Part shown: positions 26,321-36,803 of the stretch, in pieces | Numbering within the stretch: position 1 is the stretch's first letter | How the letters are laid out: the number at the start of each line of letters is the position of its first letter | Source: an uncultured bacterium | Lineage (GTDB): Bacteria; Patescibacteriota; Minisyncoccia; Phycocordibacterales; UBA9973 | NCBI GenBank assembly: GCA_903907175.1 | Contig: CAIVNB010000026.1 | Coordinates: 1 to 43,339 of the forward strand | DNA length: 43,339 bases | Direction: 5' to 3' | Position numbers and translations under genes: made by a program | The notes under the pieces: generated by a model | Databases searched by the model: none | Seen by the model: only the letters and a program-made list of their open reading frames with translations | Told to the model about the DNA's origin: nothing

Positions 26321-26463
26321 CCTAAGTACAGTTATGTGCTTAGGACACTTGCTCAAGCATCGTCATATATATTGAGTTCTTATTATAATGGGAGCATTTT
26401 TAGTTGGTGAAAGTCAGTTTTTTTATTTTAGTAGAAATCTTAACTCGTGATATAATTATTTGT

Positions 26464-27012
26464 ATGGAAAAATTAAAGTTCATTTTATTTTCAATTATTG
26501 TCTTGGTGATACTAGGGCTCGTGGGGTATTGGGCTTTCACTACGATACAAACAGGTGCTGATTTTTCAAAAAATCAAAAAATAAAACAACTTCAAACTGA
26601 AAATGAAAATTTAAATAAAGAGTTAAAAAATTTAAATGATGAACTCGGTATCTTAAAGTCCAAAGTAGAAGAACCTGCTCCAGTTGTTGTGGACAATACA
26701 ATTCCTCAGACAGAAAAAAAACCACCTTCTTCAATTTCTACATATAAATATCAAAGTTTTATAGATGATTTACAAAAACTTGTGGATGGTAACATTTCTA
26801 TGAAACTAAAATCTAGTGGTACGAGAGTGGGTACTTTGCAAGATTTTCTAAATATTTATAACAATACTTCAAATAAGATTGACAATGATTATGGTGTTAG
26901 TACTCAAAAAGCCATAATAGCTTTTCAAAAAGCTCAAGGGTTAAAAGCTGATGGTGAGGCTGGGGTAAGTACTTTCAAAAAAATGATTGACTGGCTTAAG
27001 AAACAAAACTAG
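26464..27012 (+). CDS. Membrane-anchored peptidoglycan-binding domain protein
   Basis: TM + coiled coil + LQDFL..DNDYGVSTQKAIIAFQKAQGLKADGEAG; start moved to 26464. Confidence 0.85.
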   Translation: MEKLKFILFSIIVLVILGLVGYWAFTTIQTGADFSKNQKIKQLQTENENLNKELKNLNDELGILKSKVEEPAPVVVDNTIPQTEKKPPSSISTYKYQSFIDDLQKLVDGNISMKLKSSGTRVGTLQDFLNIYNNTSNKIDNDYGVSTQKAIIAFQKAQGLKADGEAGVSTFKKMIDWLKKQN

Positions 27013-27050
27013 TTTTTATGGGTTTATTATTAAAGTGATATAATATATTT

Positions 27051-27488
27051 ATGAATAAACAAAAAATTGTTTACATGGTGCTTCGTTTTGTTATGGGTTT
27101 TATTTTTCTCTGGGCGTTTTTTGATAAAATTTTTGGTTTAGGATTTTCGACAACACCTGATAAATCATGGATCAATGGAGTTTCTCCAACCGCAGGCTTT
27201 CTTTCTTTTGCTACAAAAGGTCCTTTTACTGGGATTTTCCATGCTCTTGCAGGTGTGGCTATTGTTGATTGGTTGTTTATGCTCGGACTTCTTTTTATTG
27301 GATTAACTTTAGTGTTTAATAAATATATAAAATGGGGGTGTATTGCTGGATGTGTGATGTTGTTCTTTATGTATTTGTCCTTAATGCTTCCAGCGAACAA
27401 TCCAATTATTGACGAACATATTGTATATATCCTAGTTTTAATACTTATTGCATTAAGAAGTGAAGAACAACAGAAAGTCTCTAGTTAA
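27051..27488 (+). CDS. DoxX-family membrane protein
   Basis: LRFVMGFIFLWAFFDK, NNPIIDEH. Confidence 0.8.
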   Translation: MNKQKIVYMVLRFVMGFIFLWAFFDKIFGLGFSTTPDKSWINGVSPTAGFLSFATKGPFTGIFHALAGVAIVDWLFMLGLLFIGLTLVFNKYIKWGCIAGCVMLFFMYLSLMLPANNPIIDEHIVYILVLILIALRSEEQQKVSS

Positions 27489-27546
27489 GGATTAAAAGAG
27501 AATGCTTTATCCTATTTTTATTTTTTAAGCGTGGTATAATTTAAAT

Positions 27547-28932
27547 ATGTTTAATTTTATTTCCTTAAATCTAAAAAAGGGAATTAATAAAATAGCTAGT
27601 AATCCTCAATTAATTTATACAATAGTTGTAGCGGTACTTATCACTGGTGCTTTTATTTTCATGGCCAATAGGTTTATAAGTATTGCTAATAACGCAGAAG
27701 AGCGTCTGATAAATGTACGTATTGGATCTTTGCAAGATGCTTTTGTCTCTTTTGCTCCTGATAAAATGGATGATTCAGCATATCTAAATCAGAAAATTAA
27801 GGATATTGTAAATACAAATGAAACTATAAGGAGCTTTAAAGTTGTTGTAAAAAATATAATCATTGATTCTGGTTCAGGAACAGCAGTACCTTCATATGTG
27901 ATTATTGCTTCAAACAATCCAAAGGAGATTGACAAAGTAGATGTTCAAGATTCATTCTTGTATACGTTAGCAACAAGCGATCCATCTAATTCCATGACTA
28001 TATCTCTCAACGAAAATGGTGAACGCTTATTTAGGACGGCTAGAGCTATTACTGACAACCTGGGTAATAATCTTGGGGTTGTAATGACCACACAGACTTT
28101 GTCTTTGGCTGACATGGCCATACAGGGAAGTATTGATAATAGTAAAATCTTACTTTTTGTAGTTATTGTGCTCATTCTCTTTTTATTTTTACGGCACTCG
28201 AAAATAATAGATTACATGGATTTATACAAGAGGTTAAAAGAGGTTGATCAATTAAAAGATGATTTCATTTCTATGGCTTCACATGAATTACGAACCCCAC
28301 TTACAATTATTCGAGGATATGCGGAATTTATAAATGAAGCGCCTGAGCTTTCTCTTCAGACGAAGGGGTTTGTATCAAAAATAGATATATCAACCAAAGA
28401 ACTCGATTCCTTGGTTGCTGATATTTTGGATGTTTCCAGAATTGAACAAGGGAGAATGCAATTTAAAATGGAAAGGTTAAATCCAACAGAAATGATAGAA
28501 AAGGTTGTAACTTCTTTTGGAATAACTGCAAAAGAAAAAGGATTAAATATTTCTTTTGATAAATCAAAAATAGAAGCTAGCCAATATATAAATATTGATC
28601 CAAAATCATTACAACAAATTCTAGTCAACCTAATAGGGAATGCTGTCAAATATACAGTAAAAGGGGAAGTCGTTGTTAAGCAATATAAAGAAAAAGAACA
28701 TTTATACATAAGGGTTGTAGATACAGGGCTTGGAATGAGCGAAGAAGAGAGGGTAAGGTTATTTGAAAAGTTTTATCGTATAAAAAATAAAGATACTGAG
28801 GAAATAAGAGGTACTGGATTGGGTTTATGGATAACAGCTCAGATGATAAAACAAATGAATGGTATAATATCTGTAGAATCTATAAAGGGAGTCGGTTCAC
28901 ATTTTGTAGTATCTTTTCCAATAATTAGTTAA
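27547..28932 (+). CDS. Membrane sensor histidine kinase
   Basis: Two TM; SHELRTPL, NLIGNAVKY, DTGLG, GTGLGL. Confidence 0.93.
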   Translation: MFNFISLNLKKGINKIASNPQLIYTIVVAVLITGAFIFMANRFISIANNAEERLINVRIGSLQDAFVSFAPDKMDDSAYLNQKIKDIVNTNETIRSFKVVVKNIIIDSGSGTAVPSYVIIASNNPKEIDKVDVQDSFLYTLATSDPSNSMTISLNENGERLFRTARAITDNLGNNLGVVMTTQTLSLADMAIQGSIDNSKILLFVVIVLILFLFLRHSKIIDYMDLYKRLKEVDQLKDDFISMASHELRTPLTIIRGYAEFINEAPELSLQTKGFVSKIDISTKELDSLVADILDVSRIEQGRMQFKMERLNPTEMIEKVVTSFGITAKEKGLNISFDKSKIEASQYINIDPKSLQQILVNLIGNAVKYTVKGEVVVKQYKEKEHLYIRVVDTGLGMSEEERVRLFEKFYRIKNKDTEEIRGTGLGLWITAQMIKQMNGIISVESIKGVGSHFVVSFPIIS

Positions 28933-28982
28933 TTTTATTATCAATATTATTTTTTGGTTTCTTAAAAAATTAATATAATTTT

Positions 28983-31900
28983 ATGAAAAAAATTAGTTCT
29001 GAATTTTTGTCTAAGAAATTAAAGCTTTTTGAAGTTTTAATTTTCTTTTCTATTTTAATAATTATTACCATAGTTGGAAGATCAATTTTTGCAGACGATG
29101 TTCCTGCCGCTCCGACAAATTTGACTGTAAATGGAACTCCAACTTCTACGGTTGTTTCGCTCCAGTGGGTAGATAATGCAAGCAACGAAGATAGGTTTAA
29201 TATCGATAGAAAATTAAGTACAGCAACAGATTGGACTTCTGTTACTCAAATTCAGCAACCAGATGTAACTTCTTATATTGATACATATAGTTTTGTTCCT
29301 GGAACTTCTTATGATTATCGAGTTCAAGCTTGTTTGTCAGGAACGGGATGTTCTGAATATACAGTACTTACTGGAGTTCAAATTCCAGTAGCAACACCGA
29401 TTCCTCCAACAGGGTTGGTACTAAACGGTACTCCAACATCTGTAACTGTTCCACTTATGTGGTCAGAAACTTCTACCGGTATATCATTTTTTGCTGTGGA
29501 AAGAAAAGTTACTGGGGCAACTTCAGATTTCATTCAAGTCGGTGCACCGACGGGTATGGTATATATTGACCAATACGCTTTTGTTCCAGGAACTTCTTAT
29601 GACTATCGAGTGAAAGCATGCATTTCAACTACCATGTGTTCTACATATAGTAGTGTTTTAACAGTTCAAATTCCAACGTCAGGTGGTGGTGGGACGCCTA
29701 CCCCTCCAACAAACTTAACGTACGGTGCTATAACATATTCAACCGTTCCACTTACATGGTCTGAAACTTCTACTGGCATACTATATTATGTTCTTGAAAG
29801 AAAATTAACATCAGGTTCTTCGTCTTTTTTACAAGTTGGTCAGCCAACAGGAATGTCATACACTGATACATATAGTTTTGTTCCTGGAACTTCTTACGAT
29901 TACCGAGTAAAAGCTTTTAATGGTTCAAATTATTCGGCGTACAGTAGTATTCTCTCAGTTATGATTCCAGGTGGTGGCAATAATCCACCCCCACCTCCTT
30001 CAACCTTAACTTATAATACAACTGGAACTATGCCACCAGTAATTCTTAACTGGACGATGCAGTCAGGCACGGGTATGAACATGTTTAATCTCCAGAAAAG
30101 AATAACTGGCACTTCGGCATTTTCTCCTATTGCATCCCTTGGATATTCTGTTTTGACATACACAGACGCAAATGTTGTTTCTGGAACGTCTTATGATTAT
30201 CAGATAAATGCATGTATGTCTGGAAATACAAATTGCTCCGCGTTTACGCAGTTGATTGGTGTTCAAGTTCCGGGCGGAGGGGGTGGGGGCATTCCAGCTG
30301 CGCCGACAAATCTTACTGCCACAGTCAATGGGAATAATGTTATCTTAAACTGGACCGACAATTCTTCTAATGAAGCAGGGTTTAAAATTTATCGTGGCCC
30401 GACTTGGACGGATATCGGCAATGTTGGTACGAACATAACAACCTTTACTGACGTGAACCGTCCAGCTGGTACTACTTGGACATATCACATCAATGCTTTT
30501 AATTCAAATAATGTTTATTCTCCGATTTCCAACGACGTTTCGGCTACCATTCCAACCGGTGGTGGTGGAGGAGGAACTCCAGTAGCGCCAACAGGACTCA
30601 TAATAAACGGAACTGTTACTTCTACTTCTGTTCCACTTATATGGACCGATAATTCTAGCATTGAAGATAGTTTTAAAATTTATAGAAGATTGGTATGCAC
30701 TCCTTCTTGTACTTACATGTTTCTTTCTTCAACAGCTTCTAATATAGTTACTTTTAGTGACACGACTGTTTCTCCAGGATTTTTTTACGATTATCAAGTG
30801 CAAGCTTGCTTGGGAACAAATTGTTCAAGTTATATTACTTTGACAGGAGTTTCAGTCCCGACTTCTGGTAATGGTCAAAATATTCCTAATCCACCGACAG
30901 GACTTGCTCTAAATGGAACTATAACTTCTAACTCAGTTCCACTTCACTGGACAGACAACTCTAATAATGAGGATAGTTTTAAAATTGAAAAGAAAATCAC
31001 TGGGTCAACTACAAACTTTGGCTATATTGGTCAAGTTGGAACTAGTATTACTAATTTTACTGATACGGTAGTTACGCCAGGTACATCATATGACTATCGC
31101 GTACAAGCATGTTTAAATAGTGTAGGTTGTTCAACATACTCTATATTATCAGGAATCTTAGTTCCAACATCAGGAAGTGGTGGTGGAAGCGGTAGTGGCA
31201 ACATACCTCTATCTCCATCAAATCTTGTACAAGCAAATACGACAACAGGAGTAGGTATTTCTCTACAATGGACAGATAATTCTAGCAACGAAGATAAATT
31301 TAATATTGAAAGGAAATTAAGTACAGCCAGTGTTTGGTCTACCCTTATTCAAATTCAACAACCAAATGTAACTTTTTATACAGATATGTCTGTTCTAGTG
31401 AATTTATCTTATGACTATCGTGTGCAGGCTTGTTTATCTGGAACCGGTTGCTCTCCATATGTTACTTTATCGGGTGTTTTAGTTCCAAATAATAATATGA
31501 ATTTTCCGTCTGTTACAGCTCCGACCTATACTTCTGTCCTTTATACATCAGTAATTTTAGGAGCAAGTGTAACTTCTTTGGGTACTTCTGCTTTATTGTT
31601 TCGTGGGACTTGTTTGGGAACTACACCTGCTCCAACGACAAATTGTATAGACGCATCTGGCACAGGGATTGGTACATTTACACATATCAGGACAGGGTTA
31701 ACAGCAGGTACTACATATTTCTTTCGTGGTTATGCGACAAATGCAAATGGTACAGCGTACTCTCAAGATAGTACATTTACGACTCTTAATATTTCCCCAA
31801 ATATTCCAGCTGCTCCAACGAATTTAATATTAAACAATATTTCAACTCCAGCATTTATGTCCATTTACTGGACAGACAATTCTAACAACGAAGACAAATT

Positions 31901-33473
31901 TAACATAGAAAGAAAATTAAACAGTGCAAATTCATGGGCTCCTCTTTCCCAGGTTGGTTCAAATATTATTTTTTATATTGACACGACAGCTATCCCAGAT
32001 CTTTCTTATGATTATCGAGTTCAAGCTTGTCTGTCAGGAACGGGGTGTTCTAGCTATGCTTATTTATATAATAAAAAAATTATTACCACCCTTACTACAG
32101 TTCTACCAACATCGGGGACTACTGCTGTACCTTTACCTACAACAACAAATCAAATAAGTCCAAATTCTGGGGTTGCCGCTTCTGGTCCTAACCCAACACA
32201 AAATACTAATATAATTCCAAATACTCCAGCAAATAACATTCCAACAACCTTAGATACGTTACCAGTAAATAATATTGAACCAAATCCTTCTGTTTCTGTA
32301 AGCGAAGCGCCTATGCCTAGTGAAACATCTAATAAAACAGATTCTCAGGTGGATACTTCTATTTCTGCTCCTCCGACTGAAACTTCTCAAAAAATTCAAA
32401 ACCTAGGACTTGTGGTTGAGAAAATGAAAAAAACAGTAAATGATACAAAGGAGCAGTTAGAAAAAACAATTAATGAAAATGTTAATGAAATAATTAAAAC
32501 TATTGAAGCTAGGGGACAAAAAATTGATGCTGGTAAGATATATATTTTACGAGATGAACTTATTAATAAAATAGATTCAACTTTATTGTCATTGGCAGGT
32601 GCTATTACCACGGAAGACATAAATAATTTAGAAAAAGAGATTAATAAAGGAATTGATAATATAAAAACAATTGCCGTTGAAAATGCAACATCTGAAAGTG
32701 TAGCTATAACACAAATAAATAATAGTACGAGTTTCGGAGATATTACTCAAACATTAAATACATTATCTCAAACAGTAAGTACTCAAAATGAAGCACTAAA
32801 GAGTCAAGGAGGAGATCTTCTTTATAAGGATACCAACAAAGACGGAATTTCTGATTATGATTCGGTTTATGTTTATAATATGAATCCGACGACACCGTCC
32901 CCAGTTTCCAGCTATGAAGGGAAAGACATCAATGCCGGGGATAAAATTATATTAGGGTTTAATCCAGCTTTATCTGAAATAGTTAAAGTGGAAAAAGAAC
33001 AACCGGTGGAAGCTCCTGCTCCTGTCGTTTCCACTTATAAAGTGAAAGAGATGGCACTAACAGAAAAGAAGGAAGTTGTCATAAAAGGTCAGGCACTACC
33101 TAATAGTTTTGTGACGATATATATTTACAGTACGCCTATTATGGTTACTGTTAAAACAGACAGTAAGGGAGAGTGGCAATATGTTTTGAATAAAGAGTTG
33201 GAAAACGGGGATCATACTATCTACACTGCGTCGGTGAATAATTCAGGAAATATTATTGCAAAAAGTTCTGGGTATTTATTTACTAAGACAGCAGAAGCTG
33301 TGACTTTAAAAGATGCACCTCTCATAGGAGCTCCGATAGAAGCAAATAGGCCTGGATTACTGGACGGTATCAATCTTTACATAATTATTATTGCTTTTCT
33401 GGCAATAATAATATTAATTTTGATTCTTATTGGGATAAGTAATAAAAAGAATAAAGAACAAGTTGGAAATTAA
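28983..33473 (+). CDS. Large surface protein with ~10 fibronectin type III repeats, coiled region, Ig-like domain and C-terminal TM
   Basis: Repeats P.AP..L...W.DNS.NE..F.IERK...YDYRVQAC; hydrophobic segments at both termini. Confidence 0.88.
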   Translation: MKKISSEFLSKKLKLFEVLIFFSILIIITIVGRSIFADDVPAAPTNLTVNGTPTSTVVSLQWVDNASNEDRFNIDRKLSTATDWTSVTQIQQPDVTSYIDTYSFVPGTSYDYRVQACLSGTGCSEYTVLTGVQIPVATPIPPTGLVLNGTPTSVTVPLMWSETSTGISFFAVERKVTGATSDFIQVGAPTGMVYIDQYAFVPGTSYDYRVKACISTTMCSTYSSVLTVQIPTSGGGGTPTPPTNLTYGAITYSTVPLTWSETSTGILYYVLERKLTSGSSSFLQVGQPTGMSYTDTYSFVPGTSYDYRVKAFNGSNYSAYSSILSVMIPGGGNNPPPPPSTLTYNTTGTMPPVILNWTMQSGTGMNMFNLQKRITGTSAFSPIASLGYSVLTYTDANVVSGTSYDYQINACMSGNTNCSAFTQLIGVQVPGGGGGGIPAAPTNLTATVNGNNVILNWTDNSSNEAGFKIYRGPTWTDIGNVGTNITTFTDVNRPAGTTWTYHINAFNSNNVYSPISNDVSATIPTGGGGGGTPVAPTGLIINGTVTSTSVPLIWTDNSSIEDSFKIYRRLVCTPSCTYMFLSSTASNIVTFSDTTVSPGFFYDYQVQACLGTNCSSYITLTGVSVPTSGNGQNIPNPPTGLALNGTITSNSVPLHWTDNSNNEDSFKIEKKITGSTTNFGYIGQVGTSITNFTDTVVTPGTSYDYRVQACLNSVGCSTYSILSGILVPTSGSGGGSGSGNIPLSPSNLVQANTTTGVGISLQWTDNSSNEDKFNIERKLSTASVWSTLIQIQQPNVTFYTDMSVLVNLSYDYRVQACLSGTGCSPYVTLSGVLVPNNNMNFPSVTAPTYTSVLYTSVILGASVTSLGTSALLFRGTCLGTTPAPTTNCIDASGTGIGTFTHIRTGLTAGTTYFFRGYATNANGTAYSQDSTFTTLNISPNIPAAPTNLILNNISTPAFMSIYWTDNSNNEDKFNIERKLNSANSWAPLSQVGSNIIFYIDTTAIPDLSYDYRVQACLSGTGCSSYAYLYNKKIITTLTTVLPTSGTTAVPLPTTTNQISPNSGVAASGPNPTQNTNIIPNTPANNIPTTLDTLPVNNIEPNPSVSVSEAPMPSETSNKTDSQVDTSISAPPTETSQKIQNLGLVVEKMKKTVNDTKEQLEKTINENVNEIIKTIEARGQKIDAGKIYILRDELINKIDSTLLSLAGAITTEDINNLEKEINKGIDNIKTIAVENATSESVAITQINNSTSFGDITQTLNTLSQTVSTQNEALKSQGGDLLYKDTNKDGISDYDSVYVYNMNPTTPSPVSSYEGKDINAGDKIILGFNPALSEIVKVEKEQPVEAPAPVVSTYKVKEMALTEKKEVVIKGQALPNSFVTIYIYSTPIMVTVKTDSKGEWQYVLNKELENGDHTIYTASVNNSGNIIAKSSGYLFTKTAEAVTLKDAPLIGAPIEANRPGLLDGINLYIIIIAFLAIIILILILIGISNKKNKEQVGN

Positions 33474-33506
33474 ATATATAATTTATATTTTTGATATTCT
33501 TATTTT

Positions 33507-33767
33507 TTAATGCCCAGTTCTTTTTCTTAATTCATAAGTACCATCACTATGATGAATTAAAGTAAGATCGTGGGTTACATTTAAATGATTACCGTCATGA
33601 GGAGTTTCTAGGTGACATATACCATTTAGTAGGTCTCTCTTTGATGCCTCAAAAAAAACATCTGCTTCTTCTTTACTTAATTTATTTAAATATTCAACGC
33701 CATATTTTGCAGAATCACTTCCTTCTTTTATTTTAACCTTCTTACCATGTACATCTAATTCTTCCAT
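33507..33767 (-). CDS. Hypothetical protein
   Basis: 86-aa ORF; TATAAT upstream on minus strand. Confidence 0.6.
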   Translation of the reverse strand: MEELDVHGKKVKIKEGSDSAKYGVEYLNKLSKEEADVFFEASKRDLLNGICHLETPHDGNHLNVTHDLTLIHHSDGTYELRKRTGH

Positions 33768-33836
33768 ATAATAGTTTGTATTAAATTAATAATAAGCTAA
33801 TTATAACAAATTAACTTTTTTCAAACTAGTTGATAT

Positions 33837-33865
33837 AAAAAAAGGGAACTATTTTAAAGTTCCCT
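33837..33865 (-). terminator. Intrinsic terminator (minus strand)
   Basis: A run + AGGGAACT...AGTTCCCT just after the 33870 ORF stop. Confidence 0.7.
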
Positions 33866-33869
33866 GAAA

Positions 33870-34109
33870 TTAAGTTTGTTTTATGTTCACTTCCATCCCC
33901 GTGGAAGTTGGATGAAATGTAATTTCCGTACCATCCTCTAAAAGGATAAGCATTTGATGAGGTTTTACCAAATTATCGAAGGTAACCAACGATCTTTTGG
34001 CCGAATGAGAGTTACCAGCAACAAGATACTCTTCAGTAGCTGTAGCGGACATGCTTATACCATCTTCACTGAGTTGGTAAAAGCATGTTTTTATCATTTT
34101 TTCCCCCAT
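33870..34109 (-). CDS. Hypothetical protein
   Basis: 79-aa ORF followed by terminator. Confidence 0.55.
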   Translation of the reverse strand: MGEKMIKTCFYQLSEDGISMSATATEEYLVAGNSHSAKRSLVTFDNLVKPHQMLILLEDGTEITFHPTSTGMEVNIKQT

Positions 34110-34226
34110 GTTTATTGTATTTTTAGTTTCAGAGTCATTCTAACATAAATTTCTTATTTGACAAGTCAAGAATTGTTTTGTATTATATAAGTGAATATAA
34201 GTACTTTGAAAAAAGTTTTGGTTCTT

Positions 34227-34278
34227 TTTTGTTAATTATTCTAAGGGTCTTTGGGGATTTTTAGAATAATTAACAAAA
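34227..34278 (+). promoter_or_regulatory. Long 5'-UTR hairpin
   Basis: Perfect 18-bp inverted repeat TTTTGTTAATTATTCTAA / TTAGAATAATTAACAAAA. Confidence 0.55.
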
Positions 34279-34308
34279 TGAATTAAACCAAAAAATAATA
34301 AGAACTTT

Positions 34309-35445
34309 ATGGAAGACAAGAAAAGAATAGCGGAGCTGGAACAAGAAGTTCTAGCTTTGCGTAAAGAGGCTGAAATGCAGAAGTCTTTTTTAGAAAACGT
34401 GCAAGATGTTTTCTACTGTACAGACTTTAATACAGGAATAATCTTAGACATGGGGCCTTCTATTAAGTATTTCTCTGAATTTAACAAAGAAGAATTAATA
34501 GGAACCCCTGCTCAGGATCTATATTATGATCCAAATGAACGGGCAGCGTTACTTACTGAGGTAAGCAAAAGTGGCGAGTTAAATGATTATGAAATTAGAC
34601 TAAAAACTAAAACCACTTTTAGGTATGTATCTATTAATGCACGACTAATTCATGTCGACGGTAAACCGGACCACATAGATGGGTCAATTCGAGACATTAC
34701 AAGACGCAAAGAAGCTGAGATTATGTTGCGGGCAAAAAACGAGGAACTTATAAAAATTAATACTGAGAAAGATAAGTTATTTTCTATTATTGCCCACGAC
34801 TTGCGTGGTCCATTTAATCCAATACTTGGCTTCACTGAAATGATGGCAGAAGGTCAAATTAGCATTGATGACATGCAAAAAATTGCATTTATGGTTAATA
34901 AGAGTGCCAAAAGTTTATTTCAACTTCTTGAAAATCTTTTAGAATGGGCACGGATGCAAAGAGGGTTGGTACAATATGAACCTGTTAATGTTTTTTTTGC
35001 ACAAAAAATTAAAGGGATTGTTGAACCCCTTCTTGGATTATCAAAGCAAAAGGAAATTATGATTGATTATGTTTTTCCAGTCGAGTTGGAGTTTGTAGCG
35101 GATTTTCATATGTTGGAAGTAATAATTCGAAATTTAATATCTAATGCTATTAAATTTACACCAAAAGGAGGAAGAATTATTATTTCAGGTAAAAAAAATG
35201 ATGATGGCTGGGTTTTGATTTCAATCAAAGATTCAGGGATTGGAATGAATTCTGAAATTTTGAGTAAATTATTTGAAATTGATTCTTCATTAGGTAGAAA
35301 CAGAAAAGGAACAGATGGTGAGAATAGCTCTGGTCTTGGGTTGAATCTCTGTCATGATTTTATTGAAAAACATGGCGGAAAATTATGGGCGGAAAGCGAA
35401 GAAGGAAAGGGAAGTACCTTTTATTTTACCTTACCAGGATTTTAA
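34309..35445 (+). CDS. Cytoplasmic PAS-domain histidine kinase
   Basis: PAS ending RDITRRK, AHDLRGP, NLISNAIKF, DSGIG, GLGL. Confidence 0.92.
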   Translation: MEDKKRIAELEQEVLALRKEAEMQKSFLENVQDVFYCTDFNTGIILDMGPSIKYFSEFNKEELIGTPAQDLYYDPNERAALLTEVSKSGELNDYEIRLKTKTTFRYVSINARLIHVDGKPDHIDGSIRDITRRKEAEIMLRAKNEELIKINTEKDKLFSIIAHDLRGPFNPILGFTEMMAEGQISIDDMQKIAFMVNKSAKSLFQLLENLLEWARMQRGLVQYEPVNVFFAQKIKGIVEPLLGLSKQKEIMIDYVFPVELEFVADFHMLEVIIRNLISNAIKFTPKGGRIIISGKKNDDGWVLISIKDSGIGMNSEILSKLFEIDSSLGRNRKGTDGENSSGLGLNLCHDFIEKHGGKLWAESEEGKGSTFYFTLPGF

Positions 35446-35458
35446 ATGTATTTGATTT

Positions 35459-35489
35459 AAGGCTGACCAAATTAGGTTGGCCTTTTTTT
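35459..35489 (+). terminator. Intrinsic terminator
   Basis: AAGGCTGACC...GGTTGGCCTT followed by T run. Confidence 0.8.
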
Positions 35490-35765
35490 ATTAAAAAATG
35501 AAATATTGAGAGATTAATGTTCTGGGTTAGATAAACTTTGACTTATTTTTATAAATATGGTAGTATTTAGATAAAGATGCAAGCCTTTATTTTAAAGGGT
35601 TTTTTGTATCTTTTTTAATAAAATTCAGTAATTTTATAATTTTGTTTATTTATTTGACATTAATAAACCAATGTGTATAATGTATTATATAAATAAAATT
35701 ATTATCAATTCTGACGTAAGGTCGGAGTCCTAGCTTCCTAGTGTTGGGATTAATTTTTAAAAAAT

Positions 35766-36794
35766 ATGTCAACAATAACATTTAAACCAAAACAAATCAC
35801 AAAAAAAATAACTTCAAATCTACAAGACCGAGCAAGCGATGTCATTATGAATCGTTTTGGTTTGAATACTGACGCAGAAAGAAAAACTTTAGAAGAAATT
35901 GGAAAGAAATACAACATTACTCGTGAGAGAGTAAGACAGATTGAAGAAGCAGCGTTAAGTTTAATCAAAAAATCAGATGCTTATAAGCAAGAGCAAGCTG
36001 TTTTTGATGAACTTAAACAATTGATATTATCTCTCGGTTCGATAGTAGCAGAGCATGAATTACTACCACATATATCAAAAGACAAAGCTACTCAAAACCA
36101 TATTCATTTTTATTTAGTACTAGGCGACGCTTTTAAAAAACATCGTGAAGATAATCATTTCCACACACGCTGGAGTGTCGATGACGAGATGGCAGAAAAA
36201 GTACATGAATCCCTACGAAAACTTTATGGAAGTCTTAAAGATGAAGATCTTATTATTGAAACTGAAATGATAAAAAAGTTTTTTGATAACATGAAGGATG
36301 TAGCAGAACAATATAAAAATGAAGAGATTGCAAAGAGATGGCTTTCTATGTCAAAAACTATTTCCAAGAATCCACTTGGTGAATGGGGAAAAACAACTTC
36401 TCCAAATATTCGCACTCGTGGAGTAAAGGACTATGCATTTTTGGTTATGAGACGTCATGGTTCTCCTATGCATTTTCGAGAAGTAGCTGATAATATTTCT
36501 AAAACTTTTAATAGAAAGACTCACTATGCAACTTGTCACAACGAACTTATTAAAGATCCTCGTTTTGTTTTAGTTGGACGTGGAATGTATGCTCTCGCTG
36601 AATGGGGTTACAAAGCAGGTATCGCAAGAGACATAATCAAAGATATTCTAAAAAGAGAAGGTCCAATGACTAAAGAACAGGTAGTTGAAAAAGTAATGAA
36701 AGAGAGATATTTCAAAAAGAATACTATTTTAGTAAACCTTGTAAATTCAAAGTTTTTCAAGAAAAATAAAGCTGGACTTTACACCTTAGTTTAA
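35766..36794 (+). CDS. Sigma-70 region 4 HTH fused to C-terminal winged-helix (HARE-HTH/RNAP delta-like) domains
   Basis: RFGL...TLEEIGKKYNITRERVRQIE; PMHFREV...HNELIKDPRFVLVGRGMYALAEW. Confidence 0.8.
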   Translation: MSTITFKPKQITKKITSNLQDRASDVIMNRFGLNTDAERKTLEEIGKKYNITRERVRQIEEAALSLIKKSDAYKQEQAVFDELKQLILSLGSIVAEHELLPHISKDKATQNHIHFYLVLGDAFKKHREDNHFHTRWSVDDEMAEKVHESLRKLYGSLKDEDLIIETEMIKKFFDNMKDVAEQYKNEEIAKRWLSMSKTISKNPLGEWGKTTSPNIRTRGVKDYAFLVMRRHGSPMHFREVADNISKTFNRKTHYATCHNELIKDPRFVLVGRGMYALAEWGYKAGIARDIIKDILKREGPMTKEQVVEKVMKERYFKKNTILVNLVNSKFFKKNKAGLYTLV

Positions 36795-36803
36795 ATAACT
36801 ACA

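Noticed and set aside
28983..33473. Diversity-generating retroelement TR/VR pair in the FN3 repeats
   Set aside because: No reverse transcriptase in the window and the differences are not adenine-specific.
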